This document shows positions 48,131-57,228 of a stretch of 64,000 bases of DNA, one piece after another. Position 1 is the first letter of the stretch. The number at the start of each line of letters is the position of its first letter. The notes below the pieces were generated by a model, which ran no database searches, was not told the DNA's origin, and saw only the letters and a list, made by a program, of their open reading frames with translations. Both the position numbers and the translations under genes were made by a program. Source of the stretch: a virus (taxonomy: Duplodnaviria; Heunggongvirae; Uroviricota; Caudoviricetes); the IMG/VR virus record IMGVR_UViG_2859657292_000001; one strand, given 5' to 3'.

Positions 48131-49246
48131 GTGAGGTTGATTTTGTCTATCCTACTGAATCGAGACTTTACGAACGGTCAGTTTGCCAGTGGTTCGTATG
48201 CCAAAGTGGTTGAAACGGTGCTCAACACTGGCGTTCACGCGGGTGATCGCACCGGAACCGGCACAAAAAGCGTTTCATATGTCCCTTCCTACTACATGCT
48301 GACGGGCGGCTCTGTTCCACTTATCTCCGGAAAAGCCGTCAATCTGAAGCCGTTACTGGTTGAGCTGGAGTGGTATCTCAAAGGAACGGGCAACATCCAG
48401 TTCCTGAAAGACAATGGCGTCAAAATCTGGGATGCCTGGGCTGATGAAAATGGCGATTTAGGCCCGGTCTATGGCAAGCAATGGCGTCGGTGGGAAGACA
48501 CCCGCATCGTGAACCATAACGAGTATTTGAGCAAAATCGACACGTTCCGTGAGCGCGGATACAAGGTCGAGGGGTATCTGGGCGTAAGTGAAGATCGCGT
48601 TGTGTTGTCCCGTGAAATCGACCAGCTACAGCGTATCGTTCACACGCTTCGCACCAACCCGACAGATCGTCGCAACCTGCTGAATGCCTGGAATGTTGGC
48701 GAACTGGAAGACATGAAGCTGCCGCCATGCCATTTCGTGTTTTCACTGTGGAGTCGCGAGCTGGACTTTGAGACCCGACTGACGATGGCCACCGACATTG
48801 GCATTCAGCACAACCGCCACGGCCACGAGTCCATTTACACCCAGATGCTGTGTCTTCTGGAAAGAGATGGCGGCATTACTGAGAACATGCTGGACGAGCT
48901 GGGCATCCCGAAACGCATTCTGAACTCATGCCTGGTGCAGCGCAGCGTCGATACCTTTGTTGGTATGCCGTTCAACATCGCCGGTTACGGCATTCTCACC
49001 CACTTCCTCGCGAAGATCACCGGCCACATGGCTGGCGCATTCGTGCATTTTGGCTTTGACGTTCATCTCTACGACAACCACATGGAAGGCGTTGAGGAAC
49101 TGATGAAGCGCGAGCCGCCCAAAGAGTCCGACCCGGTTGTCATCTTCCCGCATGAATGGGCCGAACTGGACGACTTCAAATGGGAAGGTGTGCAGGTGTG
49201 CGGCTACAGCCCTCTTCCGTGGATCAAGGTTCCAGTGGCGGTGTGA
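48131..49246 (+). CDS. thyA: Thymidylate synthase with an internal insertion of about 60 aa
   Basis: 'DRTGTGT', 'IWDAWADENGDLGPVYGKQWRRW' and 'LPPCHFVF', with a C-terminus almost colinear with E. coli ThyA. Probable GTG start. The insertion lies after the catalytic Cys region. Confidence 0.8.
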   Translation: MRLILSILLNRDFTNGQFASGSYAKVVETVLNTGVHAGDRTGTGTKSVSYVPSYYMLTGGSVPLISGKAVNLKPLLVELEWYLKGTGNIQFLKDNGVKIWDAWADENGDLGPVYGKQWRRWEDTRIVNHNEYLSKIDTFRERGYKVEGYLGVSEDRVVLSREIDQLQRIVHTLRTNPTDRRNLLNAWNVGELEDMKLPPCHFVFSLWSRELDFETRLTMATDIGIQHNRHGHESIYTQMLCLLERDGGITENMLDELGIPKRILNSCLVQRSVDTFVGMPFNIAGYGILTHFLAKITGHMAGAFVHFGFDVHLYDNHMEGVEELMKREPPKESDPVVIFPHEWAELDDFKWEGVQVCGYSPLPWIKVPVAV

Positions 49247-49247
49247 T

Positions 49248-49661
49248 ATGGCCAGAGGGATGTATGTGTTGTGTGAAATTGAAGGTGTGCTGGCGAGAGC
49301 CAGCCATCGCAAAGCAGTGCCTGATGCGGATGCAGGCGCTCTCATTGCCGGTGATGAACTCATCTTTCCCACCAGCCGCATGTTGCGTGGTTTTGCTCGC
49401 TCCGGTGCTGAAGTGGTGCTTATCAGTAGTCGTCCGGAAGCGCTCGAAGGCCCAACCAAACGCTGGCTGAAGGACTTCGGCATTGATTATGACTGGCTCC
49501 ACCTGGTTCCGCGCGGTGTCAGTTTTGAAACCCATATCAAGCGCACGCTGGCAGAGCACAAAGGCGACTTACTTATCGCCGCACTGGTTCATGATCCGCG
49601 TCTGCGTTCTACGCTGGCAGACTCTCACCAGCGACCAACCATCTATGAGGTAAGCCAATGA
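49248..49661 (+). CDS. Hypothetical protein (138 aa); possibly HAD-like
   Basis: Begins at the ATG overlapping the thyA stop (TGATATG). The listed 49137 start lies inside thyA. Confidence 0.35.
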   Translation: MARGMYVLCEIEGVLARASHRKAVPDADAGALIAGDELIFPTSRMLRGFARSGAEVVLISSRPEALEGPTKRWLKDFGIDYDWLHLVPRGVSFETHIKRTLAEHKGDLLIAALVHDPRLRSTLADSHQRPTIYEVSQ

Positions 49662-50134
49662 AGATGATTGCAGCTGTTGGCCGCAACTATGAAATCGGCA
49701 TTGGCAACGAACTTCCCTGGCGTTGCCCGACCGATCTGAAACTGTTCAAACAACTCACCAAAAACGCCACTGTCGTGATGGGACGCAAGACGATGGAAAG
49801 TCTCAAGCGCCCGCTGCCAGAGCGCCATAACCTCGTTTTGACGCGCTCTCGTGGTTATATCCCCAATGGGTTCTACCCCGCTGGCATCGATGACGTTTTG
49901 AGACTACCAGATCCGGTATGGGTGATTGGTGGCGGGCAGATTTACTCGCTCTTTATGCCACACGTAGAAGAGATCTGGCTGTCGCATATTGGCGTGGATG
50001 TGCCGGGCGCGGATGCGTTCTTCCCGGCGCCAATGATGCGTTCTTTAGGGTTCGTACCAGTCGAAACGGCTTATACCCAACGTGCAAATGAGGATGAGCC
50101 TGGCTTTTTGCAGATCGTATACAGAAGGTCGTAA
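49658..50134 (+). CDS. folA: Dihydrofolate reductase
   Basis: 'MIAAVGRNYEIGIGNELPW' and 'VIGGGQIY' motifs. 158 aa. Confidence 0.8.
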   Translation: MKMIAAVGRNYEIGIGNELPWRCPTDLKLFKQLTKNATVVMGRKTMESLKRPLPERHNLVLTRSRGYIPNGFYPAGIDDVLRLPDPVWVIGGGQIYSLFMPHVEEIWLSHIGVDVPGADAFFPAPMMRSLGFVPVETAYTQRANEDEPGFLQIVYRRS

Positions 50135-50778
50135 TGGATTACCGGATTGGAATCACTGGGGCACAGGGCAGTGGAAAAACAACCCTGGCAAGGTACATCG
50201 ATGCGCATTATGGCATTCCGTATGTGGACGCCGGCGTTGGCAAGCTGATGAGCGGTCTGGGGGTGAAGGTTGGCGAGCGTTTGCCCCTTTACGAACGTCT
50301 TCAGGTTCAGATGGAGATTGCCAGACACATCGAGATGATCACCCGCGGCGTTGAAGGTTTTGTTATCGACCGCACGCCAGCCGATGTCATGGCTTATACG
50401 CTAGACCTGGTCGGTCAGACAAACGAAGACCGCTGCATCGAGCTGGCTCTCGACATTGAGCAGTTTTGCCACAAAGCGGCTATTTCCAACTTCAATGCTA
50501 TCGCGGGTCTTCGCCCGGGCGTTGAGCTTTCCAGCAAAGATCTCGCGCGTCCCCAGCGAGGATCGCTTGACCGTCTCTATGTTGCTCGAATCGATGCACT
50601 TATGTGCGGTGAGCTGACGAAAATCAACACCCTTCCCCAAACCGGCGATCTGCAGGTGTTCGTTATCTCTGAAAAGTGTCGCACGGTTGAAGCGCGAGCC
50701 AGATCGGTATTGCGAGTGCTGGACAGAGCCGCTGAAAACATTGAGCGCCGTATAACAGGACGAGTGACCTTCCACTGA
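50134..50778 (+). CDS. P-loop nucleoside/nucleotide kinase (dNMP kinase-like)
   Basis: 'IGITGAQGSGKTTLARYI' Walker A at the extreme N-terminus. Confidence 0.5.
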   Translation: MDYRIGITGAQGSGKTTLARYIDAHYGIPYVDAGVGKLMSGLGVKVGERLPLYERLQVQMEIARHIEMITRGVEGFVIDRTPADVMAYTLDLVGQTNEDRCIELALDIEQFCHKAAISNFNAIAGLRPGVELSSKDLARPQRGSLDRLYVARIDALMCGELTKINTLPQTGDLQVFVISEKCRTVEARARSVLRVLDRAAENIERRITGRVTFH

Positions 50779-50841
50779 ATATTGCTCCCCTGTTGGGCAG
50801 TGTGACAATAAGACACGCGAAATGAATCGAGGAAAAACAGA

Positions 50842-51261
50842 ATGATAGACGAACTTCCCCTCTCGGATGAATTAGATCGTAAAGCGATTGAAGCATTGAT
50901 CCGCATTGCTGACGAACAATCCCGCTCTTTGATGAGTGAACGTGAAGCAGGTCTGGCTATCCGCGCAGTGTTTGAGTCCGTTCAAGGGCTTGTTGGGGAA
51001 GAGGTTGGCGAAGCCATCAATGTGGCGATGTCGCAGTTCAATGGCGGCACCAAGCGCCCTCTGTTTCCTATGCACCTCAAACTCTCAGGCGGTACGGTTC
51101 TGTACGTGTCCGTCTGTCTGGAGACCAACCAAATCCAGATCCTCAACACATCAACGGGCGAATGGCGCGAGCCGGTCGTCTGCGAAAGTGGCGAGGACGC
51201 ACTGAAAAAGGCTGCTCAGTTTGTGCGTGGCGCACTGCTGAAAGGCGCGAAGAAGCTGTAA
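50842..51261 (+). CDS. Hypothetical protein (139 aa)
   Basis: ORF track. Confidence 0.35.
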   Translation: MIDELPLSDELDRKAIEALIRIADEQSRSLMSEREAGLAIRAVFESVQGLVGEEVGEAINVAMSQFNGGTKRPLFPMHLKLSGGTVLYVSVCLETNQIQILNTSTGEWREPVVCESGEDALKKAAQFVRGALLKGAKKL

Positions 51262-51270
51262 GGAGTACCA

Positions 51271-51813
51271 ATGACCACGATTGTCGGTGGCGTCGATATT
51301 GAGTCCACAGGGCTGGACTTCACATCCGGCCACAAAATTATCGAAATCGCGATAACCCGTTATGAACTGGAAACCCAGAAGCACATCGACAGCCTTGAGA
51401 TGCGCTTCAACCCGCGTCGCAGTATCGATCCGAAGGCGCAGGCAGTACATGGTATTTCGCTGGAAGATCTGGCAGCAGAACCGCTACTGGCTGATCACGC
51501 AGGCAAGATTGCTGCATATATGGGTGCATGTAGCGCGTTAGTTGCCCATAACGGAGAGGCTTTTGACCTTCCGTTCATTCGCCACGAGTTCGACAGCTAT
51601 GGGGTGAAATTGCCGGATATCCCTCTGGTTGACACTATGCTAGATGGGCTGTGGGCTACCGAAGATGGGAAGCGTCCACGCCTAGAAGAGCTGGCGTTCT
51701 CACTTGGCTTCACTTACGACCGTGAGAAGGCCCACAGTGCCCTCTACGATACTGAGCTGATGATGCAATGTTTTTTCAAAGCTCGGGAAAAATATGGTTT
51801 TTTCGATTTTTAA
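51271..51813 (+). CDS. DnaQ-like 3'-5' exonuclease (DEDDh; Pol III epsilon-like)
   Basis: Exo I 'GVDIESTGLD' and Exo III 'HSALYDTELM'. Confidence 0.7.
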   Translation: MTTIVGGVDIESTGLDFTSGHKIIEIAITRYELETQKHIDSLEMRFNPRRSIDPKAQAVHGISLEDLAAEPLLADHAGKIAAYMGACSALVAHNGEAFDLPFIRHEFDSYGVKLPDIPLVDTMLDGLWATEDGKRPRLEELAFSLGFTYDREKAHSALYDTELMMQCFFKAREKYGFFDF

Positions 51814-51851
51814 TTTAATAAGCGGTGCAATAAATTGCACCGCTTAACTTT

Positions 51852-52967
51852 TTAAAATGAAACTTTTGCCTTCAGTAACTTGGCTGCCATTTCAAAATCA
51901 ATTTCTCCGGTTTTAGACTCTGTTGCGAGCTTGTACAGAACCAGAACGTATGTATCACCCAGGACTTTTGTGATTGCACTTGCCGTTGTTGCAGAAATCG
52001 CCCCTCCAACGAGGCTTCCTACACCAGGTATCATCTTTAATAGCCCTGTGACAATTGTTCGTCCTAAAAAAACTGCACCACCAGCACCTATTAAAGACGT
52101 TACCATTGTTGTTAATGCCGCTTTAGATACATCCATTCCAAAGGTATAACTGATTTTTGCAATCATTGTGACTTGAATTGGCACTAAGGTAAATGCATCT
52201 GAAAATGGAACTGGGGTTGCTGCGGCCGCACCTGCGAGGACTGTTGCGGCAATAACCTCTTTACTAGCTTGCTCTTTTTTTATATCCAATGCTTTTTTGT
52301 TCTTAATTGAAAGAGCATTGGAAAATGCCTTTTTTTGTGCTTCTGGAATAACCTCATACGATGTTTGGATTAAATCATCTATGCCTCTAACCTTTCTTTT
52401 TCCTATGATTTCATCTGGTTCATCTTCATCATAAATCGTTTCTTCAATCGCACGAGTTAGACAGACTGCATGGCTATAGTTTTTAAATGCAATCTCAACT
52501 TCTTTCGCAAATTCATTGTTTTTGAAGCTGTTTGTTTTTGTTAGTACTACTATAACCGGTATTCCTTTACTTATCAAAAACTTGGCTATGTTTAGTTCAG
52601 CTTTTTCATAACGTTGACCGGTGTCATTAATACATAGCCAAGCGAGATGGACGTAATTCTCTGATTCTTCACTATTGTTATGTTCGTTTATGTAATTTTC
52701 AATGTTTAATCTGGTTTTATCGTAATCCGCGACTTCCAGTCCCTGAGTATCAATGATTTGTAATGGGACGCCTTCTTTCTTAATTACTTTTATATTTTCT
52801 GTTACAGGGCGGCCTACCCCAGTTCTCGCAAAGTCTCCACGAAATACACTATTAATGAGAGAACTTTTTCCTACACCAGTCTTTCCTATCACGATGATGT
52901 TAGCTATCGGCATATCTTTTACTGCATCGTTCAAAATGGCATTTACATCAATGTTCACATTAATCAC
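51852..52967 (-). CDS. AT-rich accessory gene encoding a GTP-binding protein (MMR_HSR1-like G domain) with a C-terminal glycine-zipper hydrophobic domain
   Basis: G1 'GKTGVGKSS', G3 'DTQG' and G4-like 'TKTN'. The C-terminus has hydrophobic GxxxG-rich stretches such as 'LIGAGGAVFLG' and 'IPGVGSLVGGAISATTASAI'. GC is about 38-40%. Confidence 0.6.
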   Translation of the reverse strand: MINVNIDVNAILNDAVKDMPIANIIVIGKTGVGKSSLINSVFRGDFARTGVGRPVTENIKVIKKEGVPLQIIDTQGLEVADYDKTRLNIENYINEHNNSEESENYVHLAWLCINDTGQRYEKAELNIAKFLISKGIPVIVVLTKTNSFKNNEFAKEVEIAFKNYSHAVCLTRAIEETIYDEDEPDEIIGKRKVRGIDDLIQTSYEVIPEAQKKAFSNALSIKNKKALDIKKEQASKEVIAATVLAGAAAATPVPFSDAFTLVPIQVTMIAKISYTFGMDVSKAALTTMVTSLIGAGGAVFLGRTIVTGLLKMIPGVGSLVGGAISATTASAITKVLGDTYVLVLYKLATESKTGEIDFEMAAKLLKAKVSF

Positions 52968-53168
52968 TCCTTTAGCAGAAGCCTCTCATCATAGCGGCTG
53001 ATTTTACATTTGGAAATCATATGAGGTTTGGATGAAAAAAAATCTTCAAAAGCGTGAGGTAATTTATTGTAATTACCTGAATTTATTCGTTTTCTACCTG
53101 ATAGGTTTTGCCAGAATACGCTCAACCAAAACGCGGAAACGCACCAACGAAAACATAAGGAGTTAAAA

Positions 53169-54011
53169 ATGAGCGCAGTTACAAACACTGTTAAAAACGA
53201 TGACCTGGACGAACTGACTGCAATGTTGCAATCTCTCGACGAACCAGTGCAGAAAGCTGCGAAAATGAGCGGTGTCGACGAGATCGACGATCTTCTCTCT
53301 GGTCTGGATGATGCAATCGCAAAACCAGTCGAGGCGGTGGCGGATGAAGTCATGAATGCCAGCTCTACCGGCGATCTGAGTAGCGTTCTGGAAGAGCTTG
53401 AGATTGAGCACGAATCGGTGAAGGTCGAGGAACCAGAGCGTGACCTTGTTGCGGAGATAGTGAACGAGCCAGCGCCTGAACTTGACGCTCGAAGTACTGA
53501 GACTACCGGTACAGATCCAACCCCTTTACCTTCAGTGGCGTCAGAGCCTAAACCTGAAGAAGAGCAGCCAAAACGCCAGAAGGCAAAATCAGAGCGTACC
53601 CCGGCCAAACCTCGCTTCACGCTGGAAGGTAAGGACGAATCGTTCTATGCGACAGCCGGTCTGGAAAGTGAGAGCTTTACTGCCGCATTCGAAGGGGCGC
53701 CAGTCAAAGCGAAAGACAAGATCTTAAACCTTTTGAACTGGTTTAGTGGTGGGCCGCAAATCAGCGTCTACACGGTAATCGCAATGCGCCATATCCTTGA
53801 CGCGAACACGGCGACCAGCAATAGCATTAAACTGGCGCTAATGAGCAACCCGGAGAAACCATATCCGCTCAACACCGCTTCGACTCAGGCTGGCCAGATG
53901 ATGGCTGTGTTTCCAGCTACTGGCATTGCCACCAGGGAAGGTGGAAATCTAACCCTTAATAAAGAGTCGCCGATCGTCAAAAAATTCATAGCGGAGTATT
54001 CCATTGGATGA
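53169..54011 (+). CDS. Hypothetical protein with a strongly acidic N-terminal half (280 aa)
   Basis: D/E-rich N-terminus of about 150 aa with a conserved-looking C-terminal domain. Divergent from the GTPase gene. Confidence 0.4.
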   Translation: MSAVTNTVKNDDLDELTAMLQSLDEPVQKAAKMSGVDEIDDLLSGLDDAIAKPVEAVADEVMNASSTGDLSSVLEELEIEHESVKVEEPERDLVAEIVNEPAPELDARSTETTGTDPTPLPSVASEPKPEEEQPKRQKAKSERTPAKPRFTLEGKDESFYATAGLESESFTAAFEGAPVKAKDKILNLLNWFSGGPQISVYTVIAMRHILDANTATSNSIKLALMSNPEKPYPLNTASTQAGQMMAVFPATGIATREGGNLTLNKESPIVKKFIAEYSIG

Positions 54012-54196
54012 TGTTCCCCTACCCGATCTAAAGCCCCCTGACAGCTTTAGGACGCTGGGTAAGCTCATTGCATACCCAGCATCGATAAAACGCGCCAGAG
54101 AGCTTCCCGTTTGCGAATCTGGCGCGTTCTTCTTTGTTTGCTATCCGTTTGATTAAATGAAAAAATAGGTAAGTATTTACCTATCAGAGCAAGATA

Positions 54197-54790
54197 ATGA
54201 TCGCAGCCGAAAAAATCAAAAAGCGAGAGCGTGATGCCTCTCTTCGCGACCTTTGGCGCACACCGCAGTGGTTGTTTGTCGCCATCCAACGTTACATAGG
54301 CGTAAAGTTCGATGTGGACGTCGCCTGCAACAAAGATAACGCTCTCCTGCCGAACTTTATCGGTGTTGAGCGTGATGCGCTCAAGTGCAGCTGGGGAGAA
54401 CCTGGCACTGTGGCGTTCCTTAACCCGCCCTACTCCAAAATCACCCCCTGGATAGACGCAGCCATCCGCGAGCAGGCGCGTGGAGTGACGACGGTCATGT
54501 TGATACCACAATCCCTCGATACGCAGTGGTACGAGCGTGCGGCTGAATGCGCCAACGAAACCGTCATCTTGTCTGGCGGCCGCGTGGCGTTCGTTGAGCC
54601 AGATGTTGAACTTGGGCTGGTGGAGGTGAACATCAACCCTGGTGGCAGCATGTTGCTTATCTTCCGTGGCTACTGTCAGGAAGCTGGGCACACCATCAGC
54701 AAGATACCGCTGGCGGTGATGAAAAAGCTGGGTGGTTATGATCCTGCCAATGTTGTCAGGAAGAAGAGACCACGTAAAAAGGCAGCGTAA
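54197..54790 (+). CDS. Phage N6-adenine DNA methyltransferase (Dam-like, NPPY class)
   Basis: 'FLNPPYSKITPW' catalytic motif. 197 aa. Confidence 0.65.
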   Translation: MIAAEKIKKRERDASLRDLWRTPQWLFVAIQRYIGVKFDVDVACNKDNALLPNFIGVERDALKCSWGEPGTVAFLNPPYSKITPWIDAAIREQARGVTTVMLIPQSLDTQWYERAAECANETVILSGGRVAFVEPDVELGLVEVNINPGGSMLLIFRGYCQEAGHTISKIPLAVMKKLGGYDPANVVRKKRPRKKAA

Positions 54791-54992
54791 ACACCAGTCT
54801 GGGAGTTAGTTTGAGAACCTGCTTCCGTATATATAAATAACTAAGTACTAATTATTAATATATACAGACGCAGGCTTTTTAAGACGTGATTTCCAAACAA
54901 CTCCCAGACCGTTTTACACCTCCAGAACCCACTGGAACCCCTCTTCAGACGCTCTAGAATCGATTTTATGAACCACAGTAAGGAAAACTATC

Positions 54993-55229
54993 ATGGTATA
55001 CCCGACGAACGTCGTAGCGCTCGTTGAGAGCGATTTTCTGGCCAAAGTGCGCGACATGATGAAAGATCGCGATAAGGCTTTCAGTCTCTACGAATGGTCG
55101 CTCAAATGTCTTCATTCAGGCGAGCACAAAGAGCTGGTGGAGCAGCTGTTATGGGAACTCATCAATGAGGTGTTTGCCCTGAACGTCCAGCTTCATGGTC
55201 GAGAAAATAATCAATCGAATAATCGGTAA
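54993..55229 (+). CDS. Hypothetical protein (78 aa)
   Basis: RBS 'aaggaaaactatcATG'. Confidence 0.3.
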   Translation: MVYPTNVVALVESDFLAKVRDMMKDRDKAFSLYEWSLKCLHSGEHKELVEQLLWELINEVFALNVQLHGRENNQSNNR

Positions 55230-55815
55230 GTACTTACCATTTAAAACGCAGATCGCCAGTGATAAAATCTACCCGCTTTCCGGATTGATTCCGGCAGCTC
55301 GACCTGATGGGTGGGGGATAGCGTCACTGGCGTCAGGTTTAAAAAAGCTCACTACCAGCGTAGAACCGGCACCGTTTAGGGGTTGGGGAAGGGGGAACCA
55401 AAGTGAGCAGAGAGAAGGGTCACTTTATGATTGTCGAGTCTGGAGTGTTTCGAGAGGTTGAATCCAGTACTCCCCTTCATAAAGGGTGGGAAGATCTCGG
55501 TTCTGGGGTGCTGTCATCCATAACTTCCCAAGCCTAAGCTGGCAGTAGACTTAGGTCATAACTTTTCAGGTTATGTAACGACCAGGTTGGTGAGGAAATT
55601 TTGTACTCACCTCCCTGGGAAAGTATTACCTGAAAAGACAACCTCTCACTTCGTTCGAGGTGAACTTCACTCACTTCGTTCGTTCAGTTCAGGTTTTATT
55701 AAAACCTGTTCTGGGAAGTAAGTTTTTCTTTTCTAAAAATTTTTAATATTTACACGCACGCGTGCGCACACGCGCGAGGAAAAAAATCGTCGTGGCGCGC
55801 GATTCTGGAGCCAAA

Positions 55816-56412
55816 ATGACGACCAAGACCCCAGCCCGGCAACATACTGGCTGCCGCACGAAGTCCAAAGCCAGATACCAAACCCACCAGCAATCCCGTA
55901 CCAACTTCAAAACCCCCGTAGTCGAGTTCAATCCCCAGCTCAAAACCGTAAAAGTATTCAGTGATGGCTCTTGCCTCAAAAATCCGGGCGGGCCGGGCGG
56001 TTACGGCATCGTTCTCCAGTATCGAGGCGAAGAGCGCGAGCTTTCTGAGGGCTTCCACAGCACGACCAACAATCGGATGTAGATGATGGGCGCCCTGATT
56101 GCGCTGGAGCGTCTGAAGTACCCCTGCAACGTGATCCTGCATTCCGACAGCCAGTATTTAAAAAACGGCATGACGCTCTGGATGAAAGGCTGGAAGCGTA
56201 ACGGATGGATCACGTCTGAGAAGAAGCCAGTCAAAAACGTCGATCTCTGGAAACGTCTCGATTCGGCCGCCAGCCGTCACAATGTCCGCTGGAAGTGGGT
56301 TAAAGGTCATGCCGGTCATCGCGAGAACGAAATGTGTGACCGCCTGGCGAAGATCGCCGCCTACTCCGCAGCTGATATGCCTCACAAGCGTGACATTGGA
56401 TTTTTGTCATAA
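55816..56412 (+). pseudogene. rnhA: RNase HI gene interrupted by an in-frame amber codon at 56080..56082
   Basis: '[42 protein letters not shown]' then TAG then '[11 protein letters not shown]...[39 protein letters not shown]...[17 protein letters not shown]' is colinear with E. coli RNase HI. E. coli has '...NNRMELMAA...' at the stop position. Confidence 0.7.
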
Positions 56413-56565
56413 AATGATAAGTAAGTATTTACCTATCATTTTAAATCAGGTATCTTACCGTTCGTCAGGATGACGAAGTATCGGTAGGTACTGTTCCAGG
56501 ATGGAACGCCAAAAGGCGGCTGGCTTGGCCAGCCGCAACTCTTTCTGACACTGAATGGAATCCAA

Positions 56566-57060
56566 ATGGCACGTCAAACGCCTTTCACTTCTTTCAATAA
56601 ACGTCCCCGTTCAATTCGCCTGGTTCTGGCCGAGCTGTTTAGCGGTCGTGTTTCTGCACGCCTTGCGGAACTGGAAGAACGAGTGTTTGAGCTGGAGAAG
56701 CGCATTGATGCGCAAGCTACCGCCATAGCAAATCTGGGTGCGACAGTAGGCATGGGGAAGGTGCGTGATTCCGTCGCCTCTCGTGTGTTGCGTGAATCCC
56801 AAGCACACAAGGACAGTTCTCATGGAAAATTTTCAACGAAATCGACTGAAGCCAATGGCCTACGGAGTAATTTTAGCAACCCTGGCAGCGGTAGCCGTGC
56901 CAGCCGGTCAGAGTCTGTTGATACCGGACACAACTACTTCCACCACAACCTTGCAGACGACACCCCTGCCAGAACGACCTCCTGTCTCTCTGGATGGGAT
57001 GCTGCTGGACACGATTCTAGCTCGACCTGCAACTCCGGATCTTCCTTCTGCTGTGACTGA
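56566..57060 (+). CDS. Hypothetical protein; N-terminal coiled-coil, S/T-rich low-complexity tail; a +1-frame ORF (56822..57073) overlaps it
   Basis: ORF track. The boundaries and reading frame are uncertain. Confidence 0.25.
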   Translation: MARQTPFTSFNKRPRSIRLVLAELFSGRVSARLAELEERVFELEKRIDAQATAIANLGATVGMGKVRDSVASRVLRESQAHKDSSHGKFSTKSTEANGLRSNFSNPGSGSRASRSESVDTGHNYFHHNLADDTPARTTSCLSGWDAAGHDSSSTCNSGSSFCCD

Positions 57061-57228
57061 GGCTATTGCATGAAATGGAGCTTCCTCAATACCCTAATAA
57101 TATGGATTGAATATTGTATTTTACTTATGACGGCTGGACTTTGTAATTTGTTTTTTATTGAGTTTTCATCTTCGTAAAACTTTCGATAAAAACGCAGGCT
57201 ATAATATCTTATTAGCCTGCGTTGTGAT

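Noticed and set aside
49137-49247. 5' extension of ORF 49137..49661
   Set aside because: It lies inside thyA in another frame. The ATG overlapping the thyA stop is the plausible start.
52964-53620. 218-aa minus-strand ORF
   Set aside because: It is antisense to the acidic-protein gene 53169..54011. It is S-rich low complexity generated by the GA-rich coding strand.
56765-57073. Alternative +1 frame ORF (102 aa, hydrophobic segment) overlapping the 164-aa ORF; possible frameshifted fusion
   Set aside because: This cannot be resolved without homologues. It could be two overlapping genes, a frameshift or a sequencing error, so it is kept only as a low-confidence single feature.
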